A program made the position numbers and the translations under genes. Positions 13,165 through 25,791 of a DNA stretch of 64,000 nucleotides are shown here, piece after piece (position 1 is the stretch's first letter; each line of letters opens with the position of its first letter). Source of the stretch: Mobula birostris (taxonomy: Eukaryota); contig NC_092376.1 of assembly GCF_030028105.1 (NCBI RefSeq), positions 134,476,230-134,540,229 of the forward strand, written 5' to 3'. The notes beneath the pieces were generated by a model. That model worked only from the letters and a program-made list of their open reading frames with translations. It was not told the DNA's origin and did not search any database.

Positions 13165-13798
13165 AGTAGAAACCTTCATCAGGACATTACAATTGAATTA
13201 ATCTTCTTTTGCTCTTTAAAATAAGAATTTATATAACATTTCATCCTTCCAGAACACCTTGGGGGAAAAAAATAGGGGTAGAGTAAGCACAGGGTATGTT
13301 AAGACCAATATAATCTAAATGACACAAATGGTGCTTCCTAAGAGAGGATGGTGAAAGCTTGGTTATCATTGCTGATGGAGGTGTAAATAGAGAGAAACAA
13401 ATGAGGAAAGAGAGATTGAAAACAAGCACTGCTGGAATTTTGTGATGCAGAACACAATTGCTGGACATTTGGAATAAACAAACACTAGAAGTTTGTGTTC
13501 CTGCCTACCTCCCTCCAGCAAAGTCTCCTATCTTCACACTCCCACTCTCCCTTCCACCCCACTTTGGACCATCTGTTTTCCTCCAATTTGTCCTCTCTCT
13601 TTCTGTTCCCACATTTACTACTCATCTGCCATTGTCTTCCAGCTCCTCTCCAGATCATCCCTCCTACCTGACACTACCTGTCTGCCATCTAACATCCCTT
13701 CTCAGGCCACCAATCACCTTCTTCCCTTTATACAGGCCATTGCACCTCTCTAATTTCTGTCCTGATGCAATTTTTTGAACTAAAATGTTAACTGTTCC
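13165..13798. mobile_element. Old, diverged PLE pseudo-LTR pair in inverted orientation
   Basis: ccttcatcaggac at about 13174-13186 and gtcctgatg...aaaatgttaactgt at about 13759-13795, flanking purine-rich then pyrimidine-rich arms. Confidence 0.5.
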
Positions 13799-15590
13799 TG
13801 TTTTGTATTTAATATTTCAATAATATTTGTGTAATATTCTTAACATATTGTTTGATTAAACATTTCTTGCTGTTTATATAATGCATTATGGGTTATATGT
13901 AAAAGTATGTAAATGGTATTCTTCATTACACCACCAAGTTATATGCACGCACCTCTCTTAAAGTAAAAACAAAACAAAAACACACTCTCCTGAACTCCTG
14001 TCTTTTTCTTGCAAATAGCTTTATATTTTGGAGTTACAAAACATAATGTTGATGATGCGGAAATTTTAAACAAACCTGAAATGACTATCAACCTTTTGGA
14101 GAGGGCAGAGTTTAGTTAAGGTGGCGTTAAACGGCAACTCCTTTGCTTGCATCTTCAAAAACAGCTCTATTTCCATCTTTAATATCTCTGTTTTTCCCTT
14201 CCAGGGTTCTTTTGAAGCCCTGACCTGGAGTTCCATGCTGCCTTCAGTTCTTTGCGGGAATGGGACCCACTCTCGGGATTTCATGACTGGACCTTATGTG
14301 AAATGCCAAGGATGCGGCCTAAGAGCTTAGCTCGCATTCGGAGGGCTGAGATCTTGCGGCTCTGGAGACAGGCAGATCGAAGGTTGGTGTCCCAGCAGGG
14401 GATCGGTGTATCGTGGGAGTCAGAAGATCTCTGGTTGTGTGCCCAAAGACCTGAGATCTTTGGGCACAAAGCTCGGAAAAAGTGATGCAACGGACTTTTA
14501 ACATCGTAAACCAATGAGTTGCCTGTTATGTCTCCCCTCTTGTTGTGAAATGGAGTCACTCCTTTCTCCCTTATTAGGGAGAGAGGGAGAGCCTGTGGTA
14601 TGTCAAATACTGGGTGAACAAGTAGTCTTTGGGGTACTGCAAATCTGTGTCTTTGCTGTTGCTTTGCTGCATGCTTGAGCGCTTAGTGGTAGGTGCCAAA
14701 GCTTTTTTTGCTGGTGGGGTAGGGGGGATTGTTGCTCTGCTGCTGCTTATGCATGGGAGGGGAGAGCTGGGGGGACTTTGGGGTTCTAACATTTAACGAT
14801 CATTCATTCTTTGGGGGCACTGCTATGTTTTCGTGGATGGCCGTGAAGAAAAAGTGTTTCAGGATACATTTCTCTGACTTTAAGTGTATCTTTGAAATCT
14901 TTGAAGTGCAATGAGATGTTCAAGTTAAAAAAAAGCACAGTGAGAAGCAGCCAAGTTAAAAAAGAACAGCAGTGCAGACCATGCTTCTTTTGAAGGGATG
15001 GACATGCTTTTTTTCAAAAAAGGTAAGAACCGGACAAATTCATAGGTTGATAAATAGTGAGTACCGGATGACAATAATGATAAATTTTTAAAAAAGTAGA
15101 AATGGCTGCCTACATTGGAAAGATTGATGCAGTTTAGAAACTGAGCAGATTGTACAGTATTTTGAAGCAAATGAAATAGCCAATGGGAAGTTTTGATGAA
15201 TACATTGGATTGAAAGGCATACAGTTTGTTTAGAGGTTTAACAGCTCCAACTAAACCAGTTTAAGTAAGTTTTGCTGGTATGGTGAAAGTACTACAGGAA
15301 CACTTAGAACTGAAACCATTGTTTATTGCAGAGCTCTCTAGTTTCCATTAGTGGAATCAAAAGGAAGGGGAGTCTATTTCTATATGGCTGAATTGCCTGA
15401 GCATTATCAGTTTGGCAGTGGGCTTAATGGTGCACTGAGAGATTATTTAGTTTGTGGAATCCTACAACAAAATATTCAAAATGGCTCCTAACTGAAGTAC
15501 AACTTGCATTTAAAAGAGCAGTTGAAATAGCTGTATCTATAGAAACAGCAGACCGAGACCAATTGAGTTGCAGTCAGGAATGAAAGTGAG
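13799..15590 (+). mobile_element. Gypsy LTR + gag remnant (interrupted at 14100-14903)
   Basis: LTR (tgt..tatttaatatttcaataatattt ... ggagttacaaaacata) shared with 23944, 25792 and 37361; decayed gag MAAYIGKID, YFEANEIAN, LTAPTKP, NQKEGESI, LVCGI, FKRAVEIA. Confidence 0.75.
14100..14903 (+). mobile_element. Non-autonomous retroposon with Rex/Babar-like 3' tail, inserted in the Gypsy leader
   Basis: Absent from the homologous Gypsy leader at 37630-37670; ends in a ctttgaaatctttgaa repeat tail; no coding capacity. Confidence 0.55.
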
Positions 15591-17663
15591 ATACTAAAAG
15601 TAGAGCATGAACCAATGGTCAGTTGAATACTCACTTGCCTTCAGCTCTCATCTTTGACAATTTCAATCTTGCCCGATGCTTTATTTAGTGAGAAGTAATG
15701 GACCTGGTCATCAGCTCATGCTCTGCCTTTAGGCCACACACTCCACTCTCAACCTTTCTGAATTTTTCCACAATCAGCAAAAGCACCAGATTGTTTAGTT
15801 GGCCCAAAAACACAATGTCAGAATTTAAATTGCAAACTCCAATTGTACACACAGTTTTGCAGTAGAAGCATACTTAAAATAAGTAGTAGCCTGCAGGACA
15901 TCGTCTTTGGTCTTGTTGGTCACTGGCGTGATCTTGTATGTTGCAATAGCATCAATAAATATCACATTTATTGACTCTATTTTACATATGCTTTCAGTCA
16001 GTATGTGGGATGCAGATGGACAATTATTTTTCCTAGATCCAAGTAGTTAAAGCAGCCACAACGGACCACCTTTGAAATGAGTAGTTGAAATAGGAAATAT
16101 AAGAGCATTATTAATTCATGGACTTTTTTTATCCACATTCAATTAGAACTGGAAAGCAGAGAGCTATTTTACTCATAGTCACTGAATTACTGTTTCATTT
16201 TATGATTCCGAGAATTCCAATAATTCATGGATCACTTCCCAGTCTTTGGGGCAATGTGAACAGCAATCTGTCTCATTATTCGCTGCTGTTTGAATTAGTG
16301 CAAGGTATCCTGGTATGGGTGTTATGAAATTTCCGATTGACCTACTCCAACTGCATGTATATTTAATTGTTTTTAAACAAAAGTCAGAGGTCCCGCATTT
16401 TGCAACTTCCAGCCCATTATGATATAACTGCAAGGGCTGGGGAGGAAGGTGATTTTCTGGAACCACTGGCAGGAAGTTTACTACTGTTCTACTGGGACAA
16501 GCTATTTGATGTTAATTAGGTAAGCTTTGGTACCAGTAATCAGTAATTCTGTGGTCTCAAGCCATACTGATGTCATAAATTTAAGCTTGCTAGATTGACT
16601 TCATGAAAATTAACAGAAGCAAGATTTCCATGCGGATTATCTATATTTCAAATTAGATACATCAAACTTTGACAATCAATTTCAAGCAACTCGTGAGGGT
16701 GCAGTATTTAAATAAGTAAATCATTGTTGTTTTGCTTTTGGTGTTTGGTGATCTTGACTAGAATTAGAATATCAGTACATAATTGTGAATAGTTTGTGGC
16801 ACTCAGATATGAGTAAATTGTCATATGCACCTCTTCAATTAAAAAAGAACAATTGTGTGCCTTTCATTTTTCTTCCATTTAAATTTTGCCCGCCATGTCT
16901 CTTCCCAGTTAACTCCTAAATTCAAGCTAAAACTTGATTTTAATGTTGTTTTAATTAAACCCAGGTGCAGTGTCTCTAGTTGCAGGATTCATTGGAGTTT
17001 CTTGGTGAGGTAAACACAAGCTTCCGTTTGCTGGAAGAGTCTCAGAGACATGTGGTCATGCCCTTAAGATCTGTTGAGTTAACCCTCAGCTGTGTGCCTT
17101 TGTGTTAGATCAGTAAGAAAATAGATACATAGCCATTCTGTGCTTGAAACAGATTATACATACAAGTGGGAGTCCAATATTTCTGTATTGTGTGATGAAA
17201 AAACTGTATGATGCATATTTAAATGGACATGTTATAAGCCTTTTGCTTCCATCCTCGGCATATCATTTTAAATGTTTGACAAATAGGAGTTCCGAAATGT
17301 GTATCTTTGAGAAATATCTTACTTTTTTCCCTCCTTAAGAAGTTATGAAAATAGTGGAAGATTTAGTGTTTTGGAACAACAGAGAAAACATGTTATATTT
17401 GTATTTCCTTCTGGTTATTCATTTCAATAGTTTAGCCTGAACCTTAGCCATGCCTTCTTATGAACTTTTTTAATACGGTAGCACTGGCTATTGCCAACAG
17501 CGTGAAGAGATCTCGTCACCTCTGGAGAAGAATTCTGAATCTTGTTAGCACTGGTATATTGAATCAGTAGCTGCTATCATCCTGTTTTATTATGTTTAGT
17601 GTCATAAAGTTATTTGAGCAAGATAAGAGACTCCCTATATTGTTAGGCGGAGTAGATTCAAGA

Positions 17664-20600
17664 TACAAAAAGGACAGGTTGCACTTGAATCCTAGGGGGA
17701 CCAATATCCTGGCAGGGAGATTAGCGAGGGCTACTGAGGTGACTTTAAACTAGAATGGTTGGGAGGTGGGAATCAAATTAAAGAGGCTAGGCATGAGGAG
17801 GTTAGTTCACTACAGGGGGATGGGAACCAGTGCAGAGAGACAGAGGGGTGTAAAGTGAGGGTAGAAACAAAAAGTACTAAGGAAAAAAGTAAAAGTGGCA
17901 GGCCGACAAATCCAGGGCAAGCATTAAAAAGGGCCACTTTTCAGCATAATTGTATAAAGGTTAAGAGAGTTGTAAAAGAGCGCCTGAAGGCTTTGTGTGT
18001 CAATGCAAGGAGCATTCGTAATAAGGTGGATGAATTGAAAGTGTAGATTGTTATTAATGATTATGATATAGTTGGGATCACAGAGACATGGCTCCAGGGT
18101 GACCAGGGATGGGAGCTCAACGTTCAGGGATATTCAATATTCAGGAGGGATAGAAATGAAGGAAGGGGAGGTGGGGTGGCATTGCTGGTTAAAGAAGAGA
18201 TTAACGCAATAGAAAGGAAGGACATAAGCTGGGAAGATGTGGAATCGATATGGGTAGAGCTGCGTAACACTAAGGGGCAGAAGACGCTGGTGGGAGTTGT
18301 GTACAGGCCACCTAACAGTAGTAGTGAGGTCGGAGATGGTATTAAACAGGAAATTAGAAATGTGTGCAATAAAGGAACAGCAGTTATAATGGGTGACTTC
18401 AATCTACATGTAGATTGGGTGAACCAAATTGGTAAAGGTGCTGAGGAAGAGGATTTCTTGGAATGTATGTGGGATGGTTTTTTGAACCAACATGTCGAGG
18501 AACCAACTAGAGAGCAGGCTATTCTGGACTGGGTTTTGAGCAATGAGGAAGGGTTAATTAGCAATCTTGTCGTGAGAGGCCCCTTGGGTAAGAGTGACCA
18601 TAATATGGTGGAATTCTTCATTAAGATGGAGAGTGACATAGTTAATTCAGAAACAAAGGTTCTGAACTTAAAGAGGGGTAACTTTGAAGGTATGAGACGT
18701 GAATTAGCTAAGATAGACTGGCAAATGACACTTAAAGGATTGACGGTGGATATGCAATTGCAAGCATTTAAAGGTTGCATGGATGAACTACAACAATTGT
18801 TCATCCCAGTTTGGCAAAAGAATAAATCAAGGAAGGTAGTGCACCCGTGGCTGACAAGAGAAATTAGGGATAGTATCAATTCCAAAGAAGAAGCATACAA
18901 ATTAGCCAGAGAAAGTGGCTCACCTGAGGACTGGGAGAAATTCAGAGTTCAGCAGAGGAGGACAAAGGGCTTAATTAGGAAGGGGAAAAAAGATTATGAG
19001 AGAAAACTGGCAGGAAACATAAAAACGGACTGTAAAAGCTTTTATAGATATGTAAAAAGGAAAAGACTGGTAAAGACAAATGTAGGTCCTCTGCAGACAG
19101 AAACAGGTGAATTGATTATGGGGAGCAAGGACATGGCAGACGAATTGAATAATTACTTTGGTTCTGTCTTCACTAAGGAGGACATAAATAATCTTCCAGA
19201 AATAGTAGGGGACAGAGGGTCCAGTGAGATGGAGGAACTGAGCGAAATACATGTTAGTAGGGAAGTGGTGTTAGGTAAATTGAAGGGATTGAAGGCAGAT
19301 AAATCCCCAGGGCCAGATGATCTGCATCCCAGGGTGCTTAAGGAAGTAGCCCAAGAAATAGTGGATGCATTAGTGATAATTTTTCAAAACTCGTTAGATT
19401 CTGGACTAGTTCCTGAGGATTGGAGGGTGGCTAATGTAATTCCACTTTTTAAAAAAGGAGGGAGAGAGAAACCGGGGAATTATTGACCGGTTAGCCTAAC
19501 GTCGGTGGTGGGGAAACTGCTGGAGGATGTGATAACAGCACATTTGGAAATCGGTGAAATGATCGGACAAAGTCAGCATGGATTTGTGAAAGGAAAATCA
19601 TGTCTGACGAATCTCATAGAATTTTTTGAGGATGTAACTAGTAGAGTGGATAGGGGAGAACCAGTGGATGTGGTATATTTGGATTTTCAGAAGGCTTTTG
19701 ACAAGGTCCCACACAGGAGATTAGTGTGCAAACTTAAAGCACACGGTATTGGGGGTAAGGTATTGGTGTGGGTGGAGAGTTGGTTAGCAGACAGGAAGCA
19801 AAGAGTGGGAATAAACGGGACCTTTTCAGAATGGCAGGCGGTGACTAGTGGGGTACTGCAAGGCTCAGTGCTGGGACCCCAGTTGCTTACAATATATATT
19901 AATGACTTGGATGAGGGAATTAAATGCAGCATCTCCAAGTTTGCGGATGACACGAAGCTGGGTGGCAGTTTTAGCTGTGAGGAGGATGCTAAGAGGATGC
20001 AGGGTGACTTGGATAGATTGGATGAGTGGGCAAATTCATGGCAGATGCAATTTAATGTGGATAAATGTGAAGTTATCCACTTTGGTGGCAAAAATAGGAA
20101 AACAGATTATTATCTGAATGGTGGCCGATTAGGAAAAGGGGAGGTGCAACGAGACCTGGGTGTCATTATACACCAGTCATTGAAAGTGGGCATGCAGGTA
20201 CAGCAGGCGGTGAAAAAGGCGAATGGTATGCTGGCATTTATAGCGAGAGGATTCGAGTACAGGAGCAGGGAGGTACTACTGCAGTTGTACAAGGCCTTGG
20301 TGAGACCACACCTGGAGTATTGTGTGCAGTTTTTGTCCCCTAATCTGAGGAAAGACATCCTTGCCATAGGGGGAGTACAAAGGAGGTTCACCAGATTGAT
20401 TCCTGGGATGGCAGGACTTTCATATGAAGAAAGACTGGATGAACTGGGCTTGTACTCGTTGGAATTTAGAAGATTGAGGGGGGATCTGATTGAAACATAT
20501 AAGATCCTAAAGGGATTGGACAGGCTAGATGCAGGAAGATTGTTCCCGATGTTGGGGAAGTCCAGAACGAGGGGCCACAGTTTGAGGATAGAGGGGAAGC

Positions 20601-20877
20601 CTTTTAGGACCGAGATTAGGAAAAACTTCTTCACACAGAGAGTGGTGAATCTGTGGAATTCTCTGCCACAGGAAACAGTTGAGGCCAGTTCATTGGCTAT
20701 ATTTAAGAGGGAGTTAGATATGGCCCTTGTGGCTACGGGGGTCAGGGGGTATGGAGGGAAGGCTGGGGCGGGTTTCTGAGTTGGATGATCAGCCATGATC
20801 ATAATAAATGGCGGTGCAGGCTTGAAGGGCCGAATGGCCTACTCTTGCACCTATTTTCTATGTTTCTATGTTTCTAT
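17664..20877 (+). mobile_element. CR1 LINE, 5'-truncated in the end of ORF1
   Basis: ORF1 end KKDRLHLNPRGTNILAG...TLN* (stop 17751-17753), ORF2, 3' UTR with (TTTCTATG)n tail. Confidence 0.95.
17759..20779 (+). pseudogene. CR1 ORF2 (APE + RT) with in-frame stops at 18044-18046 and 19484-19486
   Basis: Three collinear same-frame ORFs: VNARSIRNK, YRPP, GDFN, SDH, KSPGPD, LDFQKAFD, QGSVLGP, FADD. Confidence 0.93.
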
Positions 20878-21115
20878 AATTTTTAAGGCATTGTCAATGT
20901 AAAATTATTTTTAAAAGCAAAACAGAATAGAAATAATTCTCATCTTTCTATATACATCTTTGAGTATTACCTAGGAGAAAATGGCATGTTAATTGTGAGC
21001 TAATGAAATATATATTTAATATATTTATTTTTTGCTGTAAATCAAAGAAGATATACAAATCACAATGGATACTATCATCAGTGGCATGGAATCAATTAAA
21101 TTTTTAAACGCCTAA

Positions 21116-21130
21116 CTCTCTCTCTGTCTG

Positions 21131-21181
<51 letters not shown>

Positions 21182-21191
21182 CACACACACA
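21116..21191. repeat. Compound (CT)n(CA)n microsatellite
   Basis: Directly visible. Confidence 0.97.
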
Positions 21192-21826
21192 GAGTCCTCC
21201 AACCCCATGGCCTTTAGAAAGTTCACGGCTGTCAAAAGCTTTTGAAGAGTTTTAACAATCTCTAATAGGCAAATAGAGTTAAATAAATAAATATTAAAAA
21301 ATTAAATTACTTAAAATTGAACTTATTTGACAGACATTAATTGAAAACTTTGAGATTAGGTGAAACAATGAGAAAGTAACAGACTACTTACTGACACATG
21401 CTACGTCAGCTATCTTGGCCATTAAACTAAATGCATCTGACTCCTCCATTGAGGACATTGATACTCTGAACCTGGAGCCAGTAGCAGATGTCCAATATGT
21501 TGACATATGACCTCTGCTTATTTTGGACTTTCACATTGTAATGTTCAAGCATGGAATTCAGGGAAAAAATGACCTTGCACTGTAGCTAGCAAGTAGCTCC
21601 TTACAAAGCTGCCATCAGAAGATCAGTACAATCCAGCTTGTTGATATATTGACCAATTCAATATAAGTTTTTAGATTTTAGATAGAGAAGTAATGTCATT
21701 AAATATTTAAAAATAAAACAAGAATCTGGTCAAATTGTCAAAGTGATCTGGATGTATGATACAACAACACCTTGACTTCATTCAATAAGGCCAATGCATA
21801 ATCAAATTCAGCATAATTCTCTAGAG

Positions 21827-21991
21827 CAACACACACAAAATGCTGGTGGAACGCAGCAGGCCAGACAGCATCTATGGGAAGAGGTACAGTCGACGTTTTG
21901 GGCCAGGACCCTTCTGCGTGTTCCTCCAGCATTTTGTGTGTGTTGCTTGAATTTCCAGCATTTGCAGATTTCCTCGTGTTTGCGTTTTTAA
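21827..21991. mobile_element. PLE-derived hairpin mini-element
   Basis: caacacacacaaaatgctgg / ccagcattttgtgtgtgttg inverted arms, tail on the right arm; left arm stops inside the hammerhead core (...acccttc). Confidence 0.85.
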
Positions 21992-22019
21992 ATTCTACAG
22001 AGATAAGCTTGAAAATGGA

Positions 22020-22515
22020 TGGGTTATACTAAATGTTGAACTTTGTAGTCTTGTTTACTATAGAGAAAACATAGAAAGTGCAAAATAAAGCAAGTTCAAA
22101 GAAATTACCAGAAATGTAGAACTATTGCTCTCAGGAAAAAAAACACACATGGTTTACTTTTCCTTAACAAGAGAAGTGACAATACAGATCTTTAAAATTA
22201 TCAAGCTTTTGATAGAATTGTTACAATGGGTAGGTTTTCATTGTTGTTGTAAAACTAACTGCAAAGATTATACAATGTTTATACAACGACCAGAAAGAAA
22301 TCAAACGGGGAATTCTGAAGAAAGATTTACCCAGTGAGTGGTGATAACTGCTGGAGGGAAAAATAGAGATGAATTACACTGAGGCAGTTAAAGGCAGGAG
22401 GTATGGAATAGAGGAGTATATGAATACTATAATGACAGAGAATGCGAGAAGGCTTGGGAAGGAAATTAGCATATGCACTGGGCTGAATGGCATGATTCTG
22501 TGTTTTATATTCTTT
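22020..22515 (+). mobile_element. Old CR1 3' fragment
   Basis: Decayed tttacccagtgagtggtg and gggctgaatggc motifs of the CR1 3' end. Confidence 0.55.
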
Positions 22516-24014
22516 ATGTGTGTTTGGCGTGGCTGGTGAATACAGAGGTTTACATTTTAAGAACAAGAACACCACAGGGAATTCAGCATATCCTCTTTGT
22601 GCTGGCTCTGTGGCAGAGCAATTCAAAACTAATTCTACTGTCACCCAATAGCTATTTATCTTTCTCTGATTCAAATATTATCCAGTTTCTGCTTAGAAGA
22701 TGCAGTTATCACTGACTTAATCATACACTGTGGCAGAGCTTTTGATGCATCAACAATAACCTAACAATGTTTCTGATGTTAAGAAAACATATTTTTCCCA
22801 CAGAAATTTTAAATGGTGGGTTTGTACTGTTCATTCTAGTCTTATTGTAACTCTGATTTAGGTAACACAGGCTACCAGTGCTGATCACACATGAGGTTGT
22901 GTCCTGAATCGATAAACATTATGGTTAATGCTGATTGATTGCCAAAATTATGATAACAATGGGATTTAACTCTATTTGGCTGCTGACATTTCCCATCGTC
23001 AAGTCCACTGGCAGTGTGAGAGCTTACTGGGGGTTCCCAAATGAGCTCTAATGTTGACTTGATGTGCTAAATGTGTCTCTGCAATCCTGCAACAATTCTC
23101 TGATTCTATTATCTAACAGTTCTCAGTAGCATTTGAAGCATCGAAAGTTCTCATTAGCTTCGGTGGGGCTTTTTGTGTGTGAATATTTTCTGAATATTTC
23201 TGCAACAAGAGCTTTCTCTGACCCACTGAAGTCACTAGTTATGGCCATTTTTTGCAGCTCCAGAACTATCTGGGATAGCAGTTGGATCTGGTAAAACTGA
23301 GGGAATGAAGACGTACAGCCAGCAAAGGCTGTTGGGACATGCTTCGGAAAATTCTGTAGCACAGAGTGCACGTACTTCGTTTGCTTTCTGTACTCTATTG
23401 AAAGTTGTAATTTCACATCATGATGTGAATTTAATTTCACATAATTATTCTAGTGCATGCTGTCTATTGTTAACACCTTTAGTAATTCTGCAAATTTTTG
23501 TACTTAGCCCCACCATACTTTAAGTTTGCATTCTATCCTAAATCTCCATGTTTGACTTTGGAATATTTGTTCTAAACGGTTTCCATGAGCTTAATGTCTC
23601 TTATACTCAAGAGCGCACATAATTATATTCCAAAGATTATTGCAACTAATTTATAATTACTTTACACTTGAACGTTCTCTTCATATTCAAAATACAGCCA
23701 GAACATGCAGAATTATGTACATGAACCCTATATTTATCAGGTCCTTTCAGTTTTAATGTAAAGATTCTGTTTCTTCATTTTGCTTTCAAGAAACATTTTT
23801 TCCACATTCATTGCTATTAGTCAAAATGTACATCCCTCAAACATTGACATTTGTGGAAGGTAATTACTTCCCTATGCCTAGTTCCAAATTACGCACATAT
23901 ATTCACAATAGAGGTTGATCTTGAAGTGACCTCCAGAGTGTGCTGTTGGGTATTTAATATTTCAGTAACATTGTAAATACATTTTTTGATTAAGCATTCT
24001 ATGTTGTTTACATA

Positions 24015-24321
24015 GAACATAGAACATAGAATAGTACAGCGCAGTACAGGCCCTTCGGCCCACAATGTTGTGCCGACCCTCAAACCCTGCCTCCCATATA
24101 ACCCCCCCACCTTAAATTCATCCATATACCTGTCTAGTAGTCTCTTAAACTTCACTAGTGTATCTGCCTCCACCACTGACTCAGGCAGTGCATTCCACGC
24201 GCCAACCACTCTCTGAGTAAAAAAACCTTCCTCTAATATCCCCCTTGAACTTCCCACCCTTACCTTAAAGCCATGTCCTCTTGTATTGAGCAGTGGTGTC
24301 CTGGGGAAGAGGCGCTGGCCA
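24015..24321 (-). mobile_element. Young CR1 3' fragment inside the Gypsy 5' LTR
   Basis: Nearly identical to 58840-59150; (CATAGAA)n tail; TSD ttacata (24008-24014 / 24322-24328). Confidence 0.9.
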
Positions 24322-25372
24322 TTACATAACGCCATGTGGGTTATCTGGAAAAGCATGTAAATGGCATACATCCACCACCACACATGATATGCGTGCGCCT
24401 TACTTAAAAGTAAAAATAACTAACTGCTCCCTTGATTTTCTTTCAGTTTAGTTTTCGTTACTGGAGTTACAAAACTCAACAATGGTGAGTAGGTATTGTT
24501 AAAATGAATCCATGATGACCACCGACCTGTTGAAGCACAGCAAGTAAAATGAATGGAAAAAAACATACTACATCTGCATTGTAAACCCCAGCTACAAATA
24601 TCTTGGCAGAATGGTTTGTCCAGAGTCTAAAGAATGCACTGTGAGCAATGTCAGCAGCACACACTACAGTAACGTCTAATCAGAAGCCCACCAATTTTCT
24701 CCTTGCATATGACAAAGTGGCACGCTCCACAACTAACGACTCACCAGCTATGCTGTTCCTGTGTCATCCCTTGCATTCATGCTTGGATCTCCTTAAACCC
24801 ACTCTCAGAAGGAGTATGCCAGATAAACAGCTGAGACAAATTGAAGGCTGCTGAAGCAAGGGGTTTTGATGTTTTACTCCCGTACAAGCAGTCGTAACGA
24901 GCAGTCGTACAGAGGCGATCAAAAGTGAGTACTTGAAAAGATTAAGGATGGAACTGGGCTGCTCCTACACAGTGGAGATTGTGTTTGATATCATCTGGAG
25001 ATGGCTTCAATCAGTTGAGGAGTACAGAGTCAATTGTTAGAGAACAAAGGTGGCCAGAGCTGCCAGATTCACTTCCTGCAGTGTGAGAGTCAATTCCACA
25101 ACCACCACAGAGGAGGGCCCAGAACTTGAGATTGTTTCACAGTCACATGAATCACCTGCCAAGCAGAGAAAGACTTTAGGAAAGACATTATACCACAAGA
25201 GTAAGAAAGCTACCACAGCGATTAAATCTTTAGGGCTGAGTGGGACAATTTAAAATTTACTATGCAGTGGATGTCTGTAAGGTAGTTGTATTATATAGTA
25301 TATTGTGTATATATTTGAAATGCATTGTATATTGAGTTGGAGTTTATCGTTAAGCAGCGAGGAATGTTGTGT

Positions 25373-25791
25373 TGCCACAACCACGGACTCGGCTGCACAG
25401 CAGATTCGGCAATTGCGCTCATGAACATGCACATCTCAGTGAATTATTATTACAACGTATTTAATTCCTTTCTTTTCGTTGTAGCACTCGTTGACACTTG
25501 AGAAAACCATGGCAACATTATGCTGCCTGATTGCATTTGGCCTTGCCTGAGAAAGAGGACTATGGAGTTGACTGACACTGTAGACTAGCAGTATTTGTTC
25601 GATATCTAGATATTCCTTTCAGCTGCGGTGTGGCATCTGGTTTCTATTTGAGAGTCTTAGTTAACAGCCTTGTTTGGACTAGCATTTATTTTTTTATTTT
25701 CCTTTAAAATACTGCTCATCTTAAAGTCTGTGAACTATCGGCCTGTTCAGTGTCTCGCTCCGCACTTGGGCCACATACGAACGTACTGACA
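25373..25791. mobile_element. Solo LTR of a second LTR family inserted at the start of the Gypsy 3' LTR
   Basis: TG...CA ends (tgcca / tgaca), 5-bp TSD tgtgt (25368-25372 / 25792-25796). Confidence 0.75.

Noticed and set aside
15632-15720. Cadherin-like peptide FSLNKASGKIEIVK before a GTGAGT donor (minus strand)
   Set aside because: In-frame stops lie immediately on both sides.
20110-20802. Long antisense ORFs over CR1 (also 18124-18900 and others)
   Set aside because: These are shadows of LINE ORF2 codon usage with no independent evidence.
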